Under the pieces are notes generated by a model. The model saw only the letters and a list, made by a program, of their open reading frames with translations. It searched no databases and was not told the origin of the DNA. From contig CAWDML010000008.1 in the NCBI GenBank assembly GCA_963803435.1, positions 608,001-672,000 of the forward strand: DNA of 64,000 bases. The letters are read 5' to 3'. Shown one piece after another: positions 1 through 9,842 of this stretch. The DNA is from an uncultured delta proteobacterium (GTDB lineage Bacteria > Myxococcota > Kuafuiibacteriia > Kuafuiibacteriales > Kuafuiibacteriaceae). The position numbers were made by a program, and so were the translations under genes. Numbering within the stretch: the stretch's first letter is position 1; every line of letters starts with the position of its first letter.

Positions 1-1631
1 ATCGGTTCTACGTCCGGCCGATGACGCTCGATCGGTGGTGGCTGAGCGCTCGCTACGAGCTCGACGTGTTCGCCGTCCGGAGCCGCTATCTCCTCGACGC
101 GCTGGAGCAGCCGGGGCTCGAGGTCCGGCGGATGGACCTGGGTAAGACCGCGCACGGCGATCGGGTGGCGCGGATCGATCTCACGGTGAGCGGCCATGCC
201 GCATACGTGGTGAGGGGCGTGCGAACCGCGGCGGAGTGCCATGGTCAGCTCACGATCCACGCGGACGCCGATCTCGACGGTGCCTTCGATCCGACGCACG
301 ACATCGCGATCGTGAAGACGTCGTTCGGCGAGGGGGCGCGCGTGACCGCCTATCGCGAGCTGGTCCCGCGGGTTCGGCTGGTGCCCCACCCCGATCCCAA
401 GCCGAAGCGCGGCCGGCTCCGAGTGGAGACCGAGCCGACGACCTTCACTTACTTCGCCGTCGCCTCGGAATGCAATCCGTCGGACGCCTCGCTCCTGCTC
501 GAGAGCTCGGTGGTGGGGTCCGACATGAAGATCGACATGAGCGCCGTCCCGCTCGAGCCGGGTCCGCCGGCGCGAACGTCCTCGGTCTCGGCGGAGCGCG
601 TTCCTCGGCTCGTGCTGGGCGAGCGCTCGCCCCATCCCTGGTCGTTCCCACAGCCGCCGGCGCCGCGGCGGGTGGTGCTGGGGCCGGGCGTGGTGCCGAT
701 CGCGACCACCCGCATCTTCGGCGAGCGCGACACGGTCGAGATCGCGCCGGGGACGACGCTGGCGCTCGGGAGTGGTGCCTCGCTGGTCTTTCGCGGGCGC
801 GTCACCGCGCGGGGCACCCCAGGGCGGCCGATCCGCCTGACGCGCCTCGACCCGGAGCGCCCGTTCGGCGGTATCGCCCTCCAGGGCCCGCGCACCTCCG
901 GGTCGCGGCTCTCGGAGGTGCACGTCGACGGAGGCTCGCGCGTGCGCGAGGGGAAGATCGACTACACGGCGGTGGTCAACGTGCACGATACCTCGAACGT
1001 CACGCTGGAGGATTGGACCATCACCGGCGATGTCGACTCGGCCGATGTCATCCACGCCAACACCGTGCGCGGCCTCTCCCTCGACGAGATCTCGGTGCGC
1101 GATGCGCCCGTCGACGCGGTCGATCTGGAGTTCGTGACCGGCTCGATCCGAAACCTCTTCATCGCGGGCGCTGGCGACGACTGTCTCGATCTGATGGGCA
1201 CGACGCTCCAGCTGCAAGATGCGCTGATCATCGGTTGCGTGCACAACGGGATCTCGGCCGGCGAGGAGAGCGAGGTCACCGCCAACCGGATCGTGATCGC
1301 CCGCGCCAAGACCGGTGTGCTGTCGAAGAACGCCTCGGAGGTCCGGCTGCTCCGGAGCCTGCTGTACCAGGATCAGCGCGGCCTGAGGGCCCGCCGCAAG
1401 CAGATCCGGTACGGGGGTCCGAGCCGGATCGGTCTCAGCGAGGTCTTCGTCGTCGGCTCGGACGTGGTCCAGGACTCCGACAAGGGCAGCACCATCGAGG
1501 TGGAGCAGCTCCGCGTCGAGATGCCGGAGGGCGCGGACCTGCCGCACGTGCTCGACCAGGTGCTCCGGATCCGCGCCTGGTCCGAGCTCGATGCGCGGAT
1601 GACGTCGCTCGCCCCCGGGAGCGCCCGATGA
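1..1631 (+). CDS. Right-handed beta-helix protein (5' truncated; type usually found in or next to CotH-kinase proteins)
   Basis: Frame is open from the window start. The C-terminal half has parallel beta-helix repeats (DAVDLEF, GAGDDCLDL, GISAGEES). It lies upstream of the VTC and DUF4956 genes. Confidence 0.7.
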   Translation, partial: RFYVRPMTLDRWWLSARYELDVFAVRSRYLLDALEQPGLEVRRMDLGKTAHGDRVARIDLTVSGHAAYVVRGVRTAAECHGQLTIHADADLDGAFDPTHDIAIVKTSFGEGARVTAYRELVPRVRLVPHPDPKPKRGRLRVETEPTTFTYFAVASECNPSDASLLLESSVVGSDMKIDMSAVPLEPGPPARTSSVSAERVPRLVLGERSPHPWSFPQPPAPRRVVLGPGVVPIATTRIFGERDTVEIAPGTTLALGSGASLVFRGRVTARGTPGRPIRLTRLDPERPFGGIALQGPRTSGSRLSEVHVDGGSRVREGKIDYTAVVNVHDTSNVTLEDWTITGDVDSADVIHANTVRGLSLDEISVRDAPVDAVDLEFVTGSIRNLFIAGAGDDCLDLMGTTLQLQDALIIGCVHNGISAGEESEVTANRIVIARAKTGVLSKNASEVRLLRSLLYQDQRGLRARRKQIRYGGPSRIGLSEVFVVGSDVVQDSDKGSTIEVEQLRVEMPEGADLPHVLDQVLRIRAWSELDARMTSLAPGSAR

Positions 1632-2152
1632 AGGTGCCCTATGCCGTCCGGCCCGGCGCCGGCTTCTTGCTGCTGGCACTCGTCACGCTCCTGGCGCTCC
1701 TGTTCTTCGCGTGGGGACTCTCGACCCCGCGCCTCGACCGCGTCTGGCGGCTGTCGCTCGAGCTGCGATTGGGGCGGAAGAAGCCGCTCTCCCATGGCGA
1801 CTTCTCGTCGCTGCAGAGATCGCTGTGCGAGCACCCGGAGCTCGCAGAGGACTTCCTCGAGGGCAGGGCGATGCGACTGATCAGCGCACACCGCGACGGG
1901 CTGGTCGGCGGCACGTACGCGTACCTGGTGCGGCGAGCCGGCAGCCCAGCGCTGGGTGTCGAGATCTCGGTGCCGGAGAGCGGCAAGAAGAGGGAGATCG
2001 CGCTTCGAGCGCGCACCGCCGGCGAACACGCGGACGGCCGCGCGGCCCCCGGAGAGCCCTTCACCTTTACGCCGCCCGGCCAGGGCAAGTGCGCGACGCT
2101 GATCGAGATCATCAAATCGAAGGGCCTCGTCCTGGTGGGGGAGGCAAGGTGA
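1628..2152 (+). CDS. Hypothetical membrane-anchored protein
   Basis: ATG 1628 overlaps the upstream stop (ATGA). It has an N-terminal TM segment, and its stop overlaps the next GTG. Confidence 0.65.
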   Translation: MKVPYAVRPGAGFLLLALVTLLALLFFAWGLSTPRLDRVWRLSLELRLGRKKPLSHGDFSSLQRSLCEHPELAEDFLEGRAMRLISAHRDGLVGGTYAYLVRRAGSPALGVEISVPESGKKREIALRARTAGEHADGRAAPGEPFTFTPPGQGKCATLIEIIKSKGLVLVGEAR

Positions 2153-2907
2153 TCCGCCGGTTCAACCGCTACGAGCTCAAGTACGTGGTCGACGCTGCGG
2201 TCCGCGATCGCCTCTTGCCCCAGCTGTCGCTGCACATGAGCCCCGACCGTGAAGGCTCCGAGGATGGGACCTATCGGGTGAACAGCCTCTACCACGATAC
2301 GTTCGATCTCCGTTGCTATCGCGCCAAGCTCGACGGTCTCAACTATCGCCGCAAGCTTCGGATCCGCCGCTACGGCTCGATGGAGGCGGGCCTCGAGCCG
2401 GTCGTGATGGTCGAGATCAAGCAGCGGATCAACCGCACCACTCAGAAGCGTCGGATCGCGATGCCGCTCGAGGATGCCTATGCGCTCTGCGATGGCCGGC
2501 TGGATCCCTCGTTCTCGGATCCGCTGGACCAGAGCGTCGCCGAGGAGGTCTCCTATCTCGTCGGCTCGCTCCAGCTCGGCCCCAAGTGCGTGATCTCGTA
2601 CCGCCGGCGGGCGCTCGTCGGCAGCCGCTACGAGCCCGGGCTCCGCGTGACCTTCGACGAGGATCTCCAGGTCAGCGACGCCAGCCGCGGTGTCGAGGAG
2701 GGTGCGGAGCGCTACCGGTTTCTCCCGGCCGACAAGACGATCCTCGAGGTGAAGACCAACGACGTGGTACCCATCTGGCTGAGCCGCCTCCTCGCGGCGC
2801 ACGCCTGTACGCTGTCTCGCTACAGCAAGTACTGCGCGGGCATCGCGCATCTCCGCGGGCCGGTGCGGCACGCACGCGCCGAGAAAGACAATCGATGGAC
2901 GAGCTGA
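2149..2907 (+). CDS. VTC domain (polyphosphate polymerase-like) protein
   Basis: Motifs RYELKY, YxVxSLYxD, RRKLRIRxY, EIK, RVTFD, ILEVK and SKY. GTG start at 2149 overlaps the upstream TGA. Confidence 0.9.
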   Translation: MIRRFNRYELKYVVDAAVRDRLLPQLSLHMSPDREGSEDGTYRVNSLYHDTFDLRCYRAKLDGLNYRRKLRIRRYGSMEAGLEPVVMVEIKQRINRTTQKRRIAMPLEDAYALCDGRLDPSFSDPLDQSVAEEVSYLVGSLQLGPKCVISYRRRALVGSRYEPGLRVTFDEDLQVSDASRGVEEGAERYRFLPADKTILEVKTNDVVPIWLSRLLAAHACTLSRYSKYCAGIAHLRGPVRHARAEKDNRWTS

Positions 2908-3587
2908 TCAAAGAGATGGAGCGCTTCAAGGACGTCACGAGCGCTTTCACGCTCACCGACGTTGCGATCGTGATGCTGCTCAGCTTCCTGCTGTCGCTGC
3001 TCTTCGCCGAGGTCTACCGCTTTACCCACAAGGGGACGTCGTACTCCCAGTCGTTCGCGCAGACGCTCGTGCTGATGGGCATGGTGACGGCGCTGATCAT
3101 GCTGATCATCGGCTCGAACATCGCCCGCGCCTTCTCTCTGGTCGGCGCTCTGTCCGTGATCCGGTTTCGCAACGCCGTCAAGGAGACCCGCGACGTGGGG
3201 TTCATGTTTCTGAGCATGGCGATCGGAATGGCCTGCGGCACCCGCTTCTACATGCTCGCCATCGTGGCGAGCGCCGTCATGAGCGCCGTGCTGGTCCTGA
3301 TGTTCAAGCTGGATCTCTTCGCGCGCCACGTGATCGAGCGCCTGCTCCGCGTGCGGCTTCCCGCCGGCCTCGACGTCGAGACCACGTTCGAACCCGTCTT
3401 CCGCGAGCATCTGCTCGACAGCCGTCTGATCGCCCTCGAGACCATCCCCGGCGACCTCCAGGAGGCGGTGTTCACGGTGGTGCTGAAGGCCCGCGTCACC
3501 CCGCAGAAGCTCCTCGAGGCCATGCGCTCGGTGAACGGAAACAACAAGGCGGTGCTGGTGGTCGGCCAGCAGGAGGTTGATCTCTAG
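2895..3587 (+). CDS. DUF4956 family membrane protein
   Basis: Signature GSNIARAFSLVGALSVIRFRNAVKETRD, several TM helices, and the usual position after a VTC gene. Confidence 0.9.
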   Translation: MDELIKEMERFKDVTSAFTLTDVAIVMLLSFLLSLLFAEVYRFTHKGTSYSQSFAQTLVLMGMVTALIMLIIGSNIARAFSLVGALSVIRFRNAVKETRDVGFMFLSMAIGMACGTRFYMLAIVASAVMSAVLVLMFKLDLFARHVIERLLRVRLPAGLDVETTFEPVFREHLLDSRLIALETIPGDLQEAVFTVVLKARVTPQKLLEAMRSVNGNNKAVLVVGQQEVDL

Positions 3588-4243
3588 GAGATCGGTCGCT
3601 CCCCAGGTCGCTCGTCGTCGGGCGTCAGGGTCCAGGGCTCCTCCAGGCGAAACGTGATCACGGTCGTCCCGGGGATCCGGACGCGGTCGCCGCGCGTGAT
3701 GACCTGCGTCGCCGCGCCGGCCGCGCCGCCGAGGACGCCGCCGATGATCGCGCCCTTGAGGCCGCCCGCGATTGCGCCGATGGCCGTACCCAGGGCTGCG
3801 CCACCGCCCACGAAGGCGCCGGTACGCTCGTTCGCGCCCAGCCCTTCGCGCCCGGCCTGCGCCTCCGAGTCGCTGTTGATGAAGTAGTGGCGGCCGTACA
3901 CCGAGACGCCGAGGATCCCGAGCGTGAGACGGGAGGTCCCGAAGGTACCGCCTTCCCTGACGCTGGAGACGACCAGATCGGCGGGCGACCCGACCGGCAC
4001 GATCGTCTCTCCCTCCTCGCTCACGATCGCTCGAGCGAAGTGACCTCGATAGATCTGATCCGGATCCGCGGTCTGCGTGTCGATCGCCTCATCGACCGCG
4101 ATGTCGAACTCGGTCCCGGCCGGCACGAGGCTGCGGTCGGTCGTCGATACCGTCACCGGGCTGACGGGAGCTTGCGCCTCCGTCGCAGCACATGCGCTCG
4201 CAAGCGCACCTGCGAGAGGTATCGAGAACAATCTCATCTTCAT
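3584..4243 (-). CDS. Lipoprotein with glycine-zipper region
   Basis: Lipobox LASAC and glycine zipper GGAALGTAIGAIAGG..GAIIGG..GGAAG. A GGAGG RBS precedes ATG 4243. Confidence 0.8.
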   Translation of the reverse strand: MKMRLFSIPLAGALASACAATEAQAPVSPVTVSTTDRSLVPAGTEFDIAVDEAIDTQTADPDQIYRGHFARAIVSEEGETIVPVGSPADLVVSSVREGGTFGTSRLTLGILGVSVYGRHYFINSDSEAQAGREGLGANERTGAFVGGGAALGTAIGAIAGGLKGAIIGGVLGGAAGAATQVITRGDRVRIPGTTVITFRLEEPWTLTPDDERPGERPIS

Positions 4244-4267
4244 TGATGCACCTCCATTCCGGTCGAG

Positions 4268-4283
4268 TGCAACTTTCCTGCCA
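4268..4283 (-). promoter_or_regulatory. sigma54 (-24/-12) promoter
   Basis: Minus strand reads TGGCAGGAAAGTTGCA (GG-N10-GC), 25 bp upstream of the lipoprotein ATG. Confidence 0.75.
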
Positions 4284-4372
4284 CGTCGCATCAATGCGCT
4301 CGAGGTGATCCTGCGCGACGTGCCTCAGCGAGACCGCGCTGGCTCGGGCCGTGAACAGTCTTGCGGCGCCGC

Positions 4373-5671
4373 ATGCGCAAGCTCATCGCGATGCACTGGA
4401 ACAACCTGCTGGCCGGGCTCTGGTTCCGTCCGACGGCGATCGTCGTGCTGTTCCTCGTGGCCGGCGTCCTCTTGACCTCCCTCGACGCTGCGTTTCCCGA
4501 GGCGATCTCTTCGCTGGCGTACGGGGGCTCCGCCGAGACCGCGACGCAGTTGCTGGCCACGCTTGCCGGCTCGGTGATCGCGATGGCGGCGGTCGTCTTC
4601 TCGTTCACGATCGTGGCCCTGCAGCTGGTCGCCAGCCAGTACACGCCCCGCGCGCTGCGGGAGTTCCTCGCAGATCCGCCGACGCAGACGATGGCCGGAG
4701 CTTTCGTGGGTGTGGTGGCGTTCTGCGTCTGGGTGCTCAGGTGCATTCGAACCGGTCCTTCCGGGGAAACGTTCGTCCCTGGGCTGAGCGTCACGGTCGC
4801 CAACGCTCTGGGTATCGGCTCGCTGCCGCTACTCCTGGCGTTCATGCACCACCTCTCGCAGTCCCTCGAGGTCACGACCATCATGCACAAGCTTCACCGC
4901 CTGACCGCGGCCGGGATCGACCGGCTGCACCAGGCCGACGGAGGAGAGAGCGAGCCCGAGAGCTGGTCGCCCGCCGGGGCTCCGTACCGGGTCCAGTCCC
5001 GCGACACCGGCTTCGTCCAGGAGATCGCGATCGGAGCGCTCGCGGCCGACGACGTGCTCGCCGCGCTCTCGATCGAGATCCTGGTGCGACCCGGGGACTT
5101 CGTCCCGGCGGGTAGGGATCTCTGCACGGTCTGGTCCGACGACGAGCCGTCCGAGGACGTCTTCCGGTCGCTGCGCTCGGCCGTGCTGATCGACGCCACC
5201 CGAGACCTCCATCAAGATCCCGACTTCGGGATCCAGCAGCTCGCCGACATCGCGATCAAGGCGATGTCGCCCGCGATCAACGACCCGACCACCGCGCTCA
5301 CGTCCGTCCGCTACCTGGGGGTGCTGATCGGCGATCTGGCGCGACGACCGCTGCCGCCGGCGCGTACGGTGATCGGAGCGCGGGGCGCGGTCATCTACGC
5401 GCATCAGCGCAGGTTCGAGGAGTACCTGCAGGAGGGCTTCTCGAACGTCGCCCCTTACTGCCGTAACGATGCACGGGTCACCTCGTCGGCGCTCGACGCG
5501 CTGGTCGACGTACTGCGCGCGGCTCAGGACTCCGGCGATCGATCTCGGGAGCGAGAGATCGCGCGGGCGGCCCGAGACCTGCTAGAGAGCGCGCTCGCGG
5601 CGACCGCGACCGAGGCGGGGAGGCGCCTGATCCACGTCCACGCGGCGCGCTTCGAGCGCGCGGTCCATTGA
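4373..5671 (+). CDS. DUF2254 family membrane protein
   Basis: Motifs FSFTIVALQLVASQYTPR and QDPDFGIQQLADIAIKAMSPAINDPTTA. Confidence 0.9.
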   Translation: MRKLIAMHWNNLLAGLWFRPTAIVVLFLVAGVLLTSLDAAFPEAISSLAYGGSAETATQLLATLAGSVIAMAAVVFSFTIVALQLVASQYTPRALREFLADPPTQTMAGAFVGVVAFCVWVLRCIRTGPSGETFVPGLSVTVANALGIGSLPLLLAFMHHLSQSLEVTTIMHKLHRLTAAGIDRLHQADGGESEPESWSPAGAPYRVQSRDTGFVQEIAIGALAADDVLAALSIEILVRPGDFVPAGRDLCTVWSDDEPSEDVFRSLRSAVLIDATRDLHQDPDFGIQQLADIAIKAMSPAINDPTTALTSVRYLGVLIGDLARRPLPPARTVIGARGAVIYAHQRRFEEYLQEGFSNVAPYCRNDARVTSSALDALVDVLRAAQDSGDRSREREIARAARDLLESALAATATEAGRRLIHVHAARFERAVH

Positions 5672-5693
5672 TGCCTCGAGGCATTCGCGGTAT

Positions 5694-8600
5694 TTGAAGA
5701 GGATCGCGCGCTCCACGCTGGCGTTCTGTCTTCTTCTCGGGTGCACGGCCCGCATCGTCGACCCCGAGCGGCCGGCGCCCACGCTCACCTCGGCGGCGGG
5801 TGCGGATGATCCGGGGAGCTGTGCGAGCTGCCATCCCAGACAGTTTCGAGAGTGGGCCGGTTCGTCGCACAACTACGGTGCCGGGATCGATCCGACGTAC
5901 CAGGCGCTCGAGATCACCGCGAACTATTACGGCCGCTATCGGTCAGGTCGCCCGGGCGTCCGCCAGAACCTCTTCTGCATCGGCTGCCACGCGCCGAGCG
6001 GCGCCGGCTATCAGGGCGCGCGCACCAACCCGAATGCCACGTTCCGCCCGCCACCTCAGGACGGCCCACCGCTGGCGCGCGAGATCGAGCGCCCGCCCGA
6101 TGACGCCGATCTCCTGCGGCCCCCCGGCCGCGCAACAGAGGAGCAAGTGGACCCGGCCGCCGGCGAGGCCGAGCTCTTCAAGCGGCGGCGCGTCACCTAC
6201 CAGGGGATCACGTGCGACATCTGCCACAAGGTGCCGGCGCCGTTCGACGACCTCAACGACGAGGAGGCCGGCCAGGCCTGCCGTGAGGCCACGCCCGAGT
6301 GCGCGGCGATGCTCCGGGCCCAGTGCGAGGCGGCGGACGATCCACGCTGCCGCCGGATCTCGCGCGGCGGCCGCTCGACCGGTGAGGATCGCTTCGAGCG
6401 CGGCATCTCGAACCTCGCGATCCTCTACGAACGCGAAGGCGCAGTCCGCTACGGGCCGTTCTCGCCGCTCGAGGAGCTGGTCGCGACCAACACCGCCCAC
6501 GGCCTCTCGGCGGGCGAGCCGCTCGACGGCGTCCCATACTTGAAGACGGGCCAGTTCTGCGGCGCCTGCCACGACGTGCGCCTGTCGGTCGACAACCCGG
6601 CGACTCCCGCCGTCGAGCTCGAGCCGATCACGCGCGAGCCGTTCATGCGCCTCGAGAACCTCTACAGCGAGTGGTTCGTCAGCCCGCTCAACCTGCACCC
6701 CGACAGCGACCTGCGCGACAATCCGTACCTCGACGAGAACGGGGAGCCGCGCCGCAGGGTCTGCCAGGACTGCCACATGTCCCTCTATCCGTTCGCACCG
6801 CCCGGCACGTTCCCCGGCGCCTACACTGCGGGGGAGGACGAGTGCGACGAACTGGGACGCTGCGGCCTTCCCATCGCGCTCGACACGGTCGATGGGGTCC
6901 CCACCACGCTCGCCGGGTTGCGCGTGATTCGCCGCCCGCGCGTCACCACGCACAACTTTACCGGCGTCGACATCGGCCTGGGCCTCCTGCCTGCCAGCGC
7001 CGAGCTCCTCGACGTGCCGCCGGAGGCCCGTCCGTCCTCGCTCTCGCTGCCGAACCAAACGCTCCCGCCGGAGCGTGACGCCGACCCGAGCTACGGCCTC
7101 CCGATGTCGGTCGACGCGCGGCGTAAGCAGCAGCTTCGCCAGGCCGCCATGATCTCGCTGGCCGGGACCCCCGAGATGCTCCTGGCCGGCGACCGCGACT
7201 GCAGCGACGGCACCTGCTGCGACGACGCCGGTGACTGCAACCTCGCGATCAAGGCGTGGATCATGAACGTCAACGGCGGCCACCAGATCGCGGCGGGCTT
7301 CTCTCAAGAGCGCCAGATTTGGATCGAGCTCACCGTCGAGGATCTCGGCCGCATCGATCCGGTCACCGGCCTCGCTCCGGTGGTCGACTGCGCGCTGGGG
7401 AGCCTCGCCGATCTGTACGGCGGGCAAGCGTTGGAGGACGGACGCCATCCGCGGTTCCAAAATCCCGTCCCCCACGACGCGCGGGGCGCCGCCGACGTCT
7501 TCAACCGCATGGACGGGGTTCGCAGCGGGACCACGGCATCTGATCGAGCGGCGATCTGTCGCGGGCTCTCCGGCCACCTGATCGACAAGCCGCACCACGA
7601 GACCGGCGAGACGGCGCCCGACGGTTCCCTCGACGACGAGGATCTCTGGCTCCATCGCATCGGCAACACGCTCCCGACGTTCGCGGGTGGAGAGACGGCG
7701 GTCAGCTGGCACGTCGTCGACTACGGCCTCGACGATGATCGGGGCGCGGCTCCGGACGGCAGCCGCGTGGCCCGCGCCGATCAGTTTCACGTCCTCGGGA
7801 ACAACGCCTTCTCCTGCGACCTGGGCCGGCGCGAACCGGATCCCGCGCTGGCGGATCTCCCGATCGTCCTGCTCGATCCCGTCACCGGCAGCACCTCGAC
7901 CGTGCCGCGCAGCGCGCTCGGCCCGCTCGAGTGGCGTGTGACCGACACGTCGGACGAGCGCCTCGAGATCCTCTATCCGTTCCCAGAGCTCCGCGCTCTG
8001 ATGCCGCGCCTCGACGCCGGTCGGCTGATCCCGGGGGAGCGCTCGGGCCTGGTCTACCCGACGAACGTGTTCTATCGCGTCTGCGGTTGTCCTCGGGCCG
8101 ACGGCCAGACGTGCGAGGGTCCCGACTCGATCCCGGGCGTCACGGACGCGCCGGCGCAGGTCCCCTGGCTGACGACGTACCCGGCGCTCCCGTATCTCAC
8201 GAGCGGCGGCGACGATCGCTTCCACTTTCCGGGACCCGCGTCCGAGCTCGGCGGTGTCCTCTCGGCGCTGGGCTTGTCCGGCGGTACCGCTGCCTCCGAG
8301 GCGTTCACGTTCGTCCCGCTCAACGCCAATCACATGCCCAATAACCGCGCGCTCGCGTTCTTCAAGCCACAGCGCCACTATTGGGATCTTCGAGTGACCA
8401 CCGGCGACGTGGTGGGTCCCATCCTGGTCTCGGCGAAGCTCTACTACCGCCACTTCCCGCCCGAGTTCCTCCGTCTGATGGCCCGCTCCTCCAAGCAGGC
8501 GTACGCGCGGGCGGCGGCGCTGGGCGAGGCGAGAGATCTGTTCCCCAACGGGCCGCTGGTGTCGGAGGCGAACCTCGATCGCGTCGAGCGCATCCTGATG

Positions 8601-9029
8601 GACGAGGCCGCCTTCCTGATCTCGGTGGGTCCCGATCAGATCACCGTCCCGGACGCGCCCACGTTCGACGACGTGCGTCCGATCCTCCAGGATCACTGCC
8701 TCCCCTGCCACAGCGACGTCCTCCGGCACGGAGGCCTCGTGCTCGGCTACGACGCCTTCCCCGAGTGGGACGATCCGAAGATCGGGCCGCCGGTCCACGC
8801 GGAGCAGGATCCGCGCCTCAATCTGGTGGAGCGGCCCTCTCGCTTCTTACCCGAGCGAACGCTAGTGGCGCCGCGCGATCCGGACGCCTCATTCCTCCTC
8901 GACGTGCTCATGAAGGATGACCCCGATCCGTCGGGAAGGGTCAGGCGGATGCCGCTGAAGCTCGATCGGCTCTCGGCCCGCGAGATCGAGACGATTCGGA
9001 GGTGGATCGCGGCGGGGGCTACGGGTTAG
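5694..9029 (+). CDS. Multiheme (6x CxxCH) cytochrome c lipoprotein
   Basis: Lipobox LLLGC. Heme motifs CASCH, CIGCH, CDICH, CGACH, CQDCH, plus a C-terminal CLPCH...MP...IRRWIAAGA monoheme domain. Confidence 0.85.
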   Translation: MKRIARSTLAFCLLLGCTARIVDPERPAPTLTSAAGADDPGSCASCHPRQFREWAGSSHNYGAGIDPTYQALEITANYYGRYRSGRPGVRQNLFCIGCHAPSGAGYQGARTNPNATFRPPPQDGPPLAREIERPPDDADLLRPPGRATEEQVDPAAGEAELFKRRRVTYQGITCDICHKVPAPFDDLNDEEAGQACREATPECAAMLRAQCEAADDPRCRRISRGGRSTGEDRFERGISNLAILYEREGAVRYGPFSPLEELVATNTAHGLSAGEPLDGVPYLKTGQFCGACHDVRLSVDNPATPAVELEPITREPFMRLENLYSEWFVSPLNLHPDSDLRDNPYLDENGEPRRRVCQDCHMSLYPFAPPGTFPGAYTAGEDECDELGRCGLPIALDTVDGVPTTLAGLRVIRRPRVTTHNFTGVDIGLGLLPASAELLDVPPEARPSSLSLPNQTLPPERDADPSYGLPMSVDARRKQQLRQAAMISLAGTPEMLLAGDRDCSDGTCCDDAGDCNLAIKAWIMNVNGGHQIAAGFSQERQIWIELTVEDLGRIDPVTGLAPVVDCALGSLADLYGGQALEDGRHPRFQNPVPHDARGAADVFNRMDGVRSGTTASDRAAICRGLSGHLIDKPHHETGETAPDGSLDDEDLWLHRIGNTLPTFAGGETAVSWHVVDYGLDDDRGAAPDGSRVARADQFHVLGNNAFSCDLGRREPDPALADLPIVLLDPVTGSTSTVPRSALGPLEWRVTDTSDERLEILYPFPELRALMPRLDAGRLIPGERSGLVYPTNVFYRVCGCPRADGQTCEGPDSIPGVTDAPAQVPWLTTYPALPYLTSGGDDRFHFPGPASELGGVLSALGLSGGTAASEAFTFVPLNANHMPNNRALAFFKPQRHYWDLRVTTGDVVGPILVSAKLYYRHFPPEFLRLMARSSKQAYARAAALGEARDLFPNGPLVSEANLDRVERILMDEAAFLISVGPDQITVPDAPTFDDVRPILQDHCLPCHSDVLRHGGLVLGYDAFPEWDDPKIGPPVHAEQDPRLNLVERPSRFLPERTLVAPRDPDASFLLDVLMKDDPDPSGRVRRMPLKLDRLSAREIETIRRWIAAGATG

Positions 9030-9040
9030 AGCCGTCGGAG

Positions 9041-9827
9041 GTGAACGGACTGATCCTGCTCGCGTCGCTGATCGTCGCTCAAGTCAACACGGAAAAGCTC
9101 CGCTCCTGGGACCAGGAGGGCTTCTCGGGGAACGCCGACTTCGCGCTCAGCTGGCAGAGCGGCAACACGGCGCTGCTGACGGTGGCCACCGGCGCCCGGA
9201 TCCAGTTCGCGAAGCTCCGCGACGGCGGAGACGACGACAAGCAGGTGGAGGATTCTGATCTACCTGGTGGGCAACCTCCAGTTCGGAGCCAACCGGAAGG
9301 AGCGTCCGCCCGAGACGTTCGTCAACAACGGGTTCGCACATCTTCGATGGACGCACATGTGGATCGGCTGGGCGGGCACCGAGCTCTTCGGGCAGGCGCA
9401 GTACAACGAGTTCATCAAGCTGCGCCGGCGTCTACTCGCAGGGGGCGGGCTCCGCTTTGCGCCCCTCGACGTCCCCAGCGCCGAGGTCAATCTCGGCACC
9501 GATTACATGCTCGAGTCGGAGAGCCTCGACGTCCCCGAAGACGGGCCCGACGACCCCCACACGCTCTTTCACCGATGGAGCAACTACCTCTCGCTCAAGC
9601 TCTATCTCGAAGAGCCCAAGGTCGCCTTCGTCAACACGGCCTACATCCAGCCCCGCTTTCGCGACTTCTCCGATTACCGCTTCATCGACGATGCCGAGGT
9701 CTCGGTGTCGATCACCGAGATGCTCGCGGTGGTGTGGGCGGCGAGCGTGCGCGTGGACTCGAAGCCGCCTGAGGGGGTGGAGAAGGTCGACACTGTGCTC
9801 ACGCACAACCTGAGGGTCGCGTTCTGA
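9041..9827 (+). CDS. DUF481 (YdiY-like) outer-membrane beta-barrel, frameshifted near 9254
   Basis: N-terminal QVNTEKLR...SGNT is in one frame. ELFGQAQYNEF..LRRRLLAGGGLRF and the terminal Phe are in the +1 frame. Removing one T in GATTC (9251-9255) joins them. Confidence 0.75.
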
Positions 9828-9842
9828 CTCCCCCGCCGCCGC

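Noticed and set aside
5671-5684. Perfect palindrome ATGCCTCGAGGCAT between two genes
   Set aside because: It is a single short instance with no second copy or U-tract, and could be chance.
5943-8798. Very long antisense ORFs (also 36190-39273, 41252-44221, 46496-49597, 62200-63675)
   Set aside because: These are shadows of real genes on the opposite strand, expected in high-GC DNA. They have no motifs, except the last ~156 aa of 62200-63675, which is the real GNAT gene.
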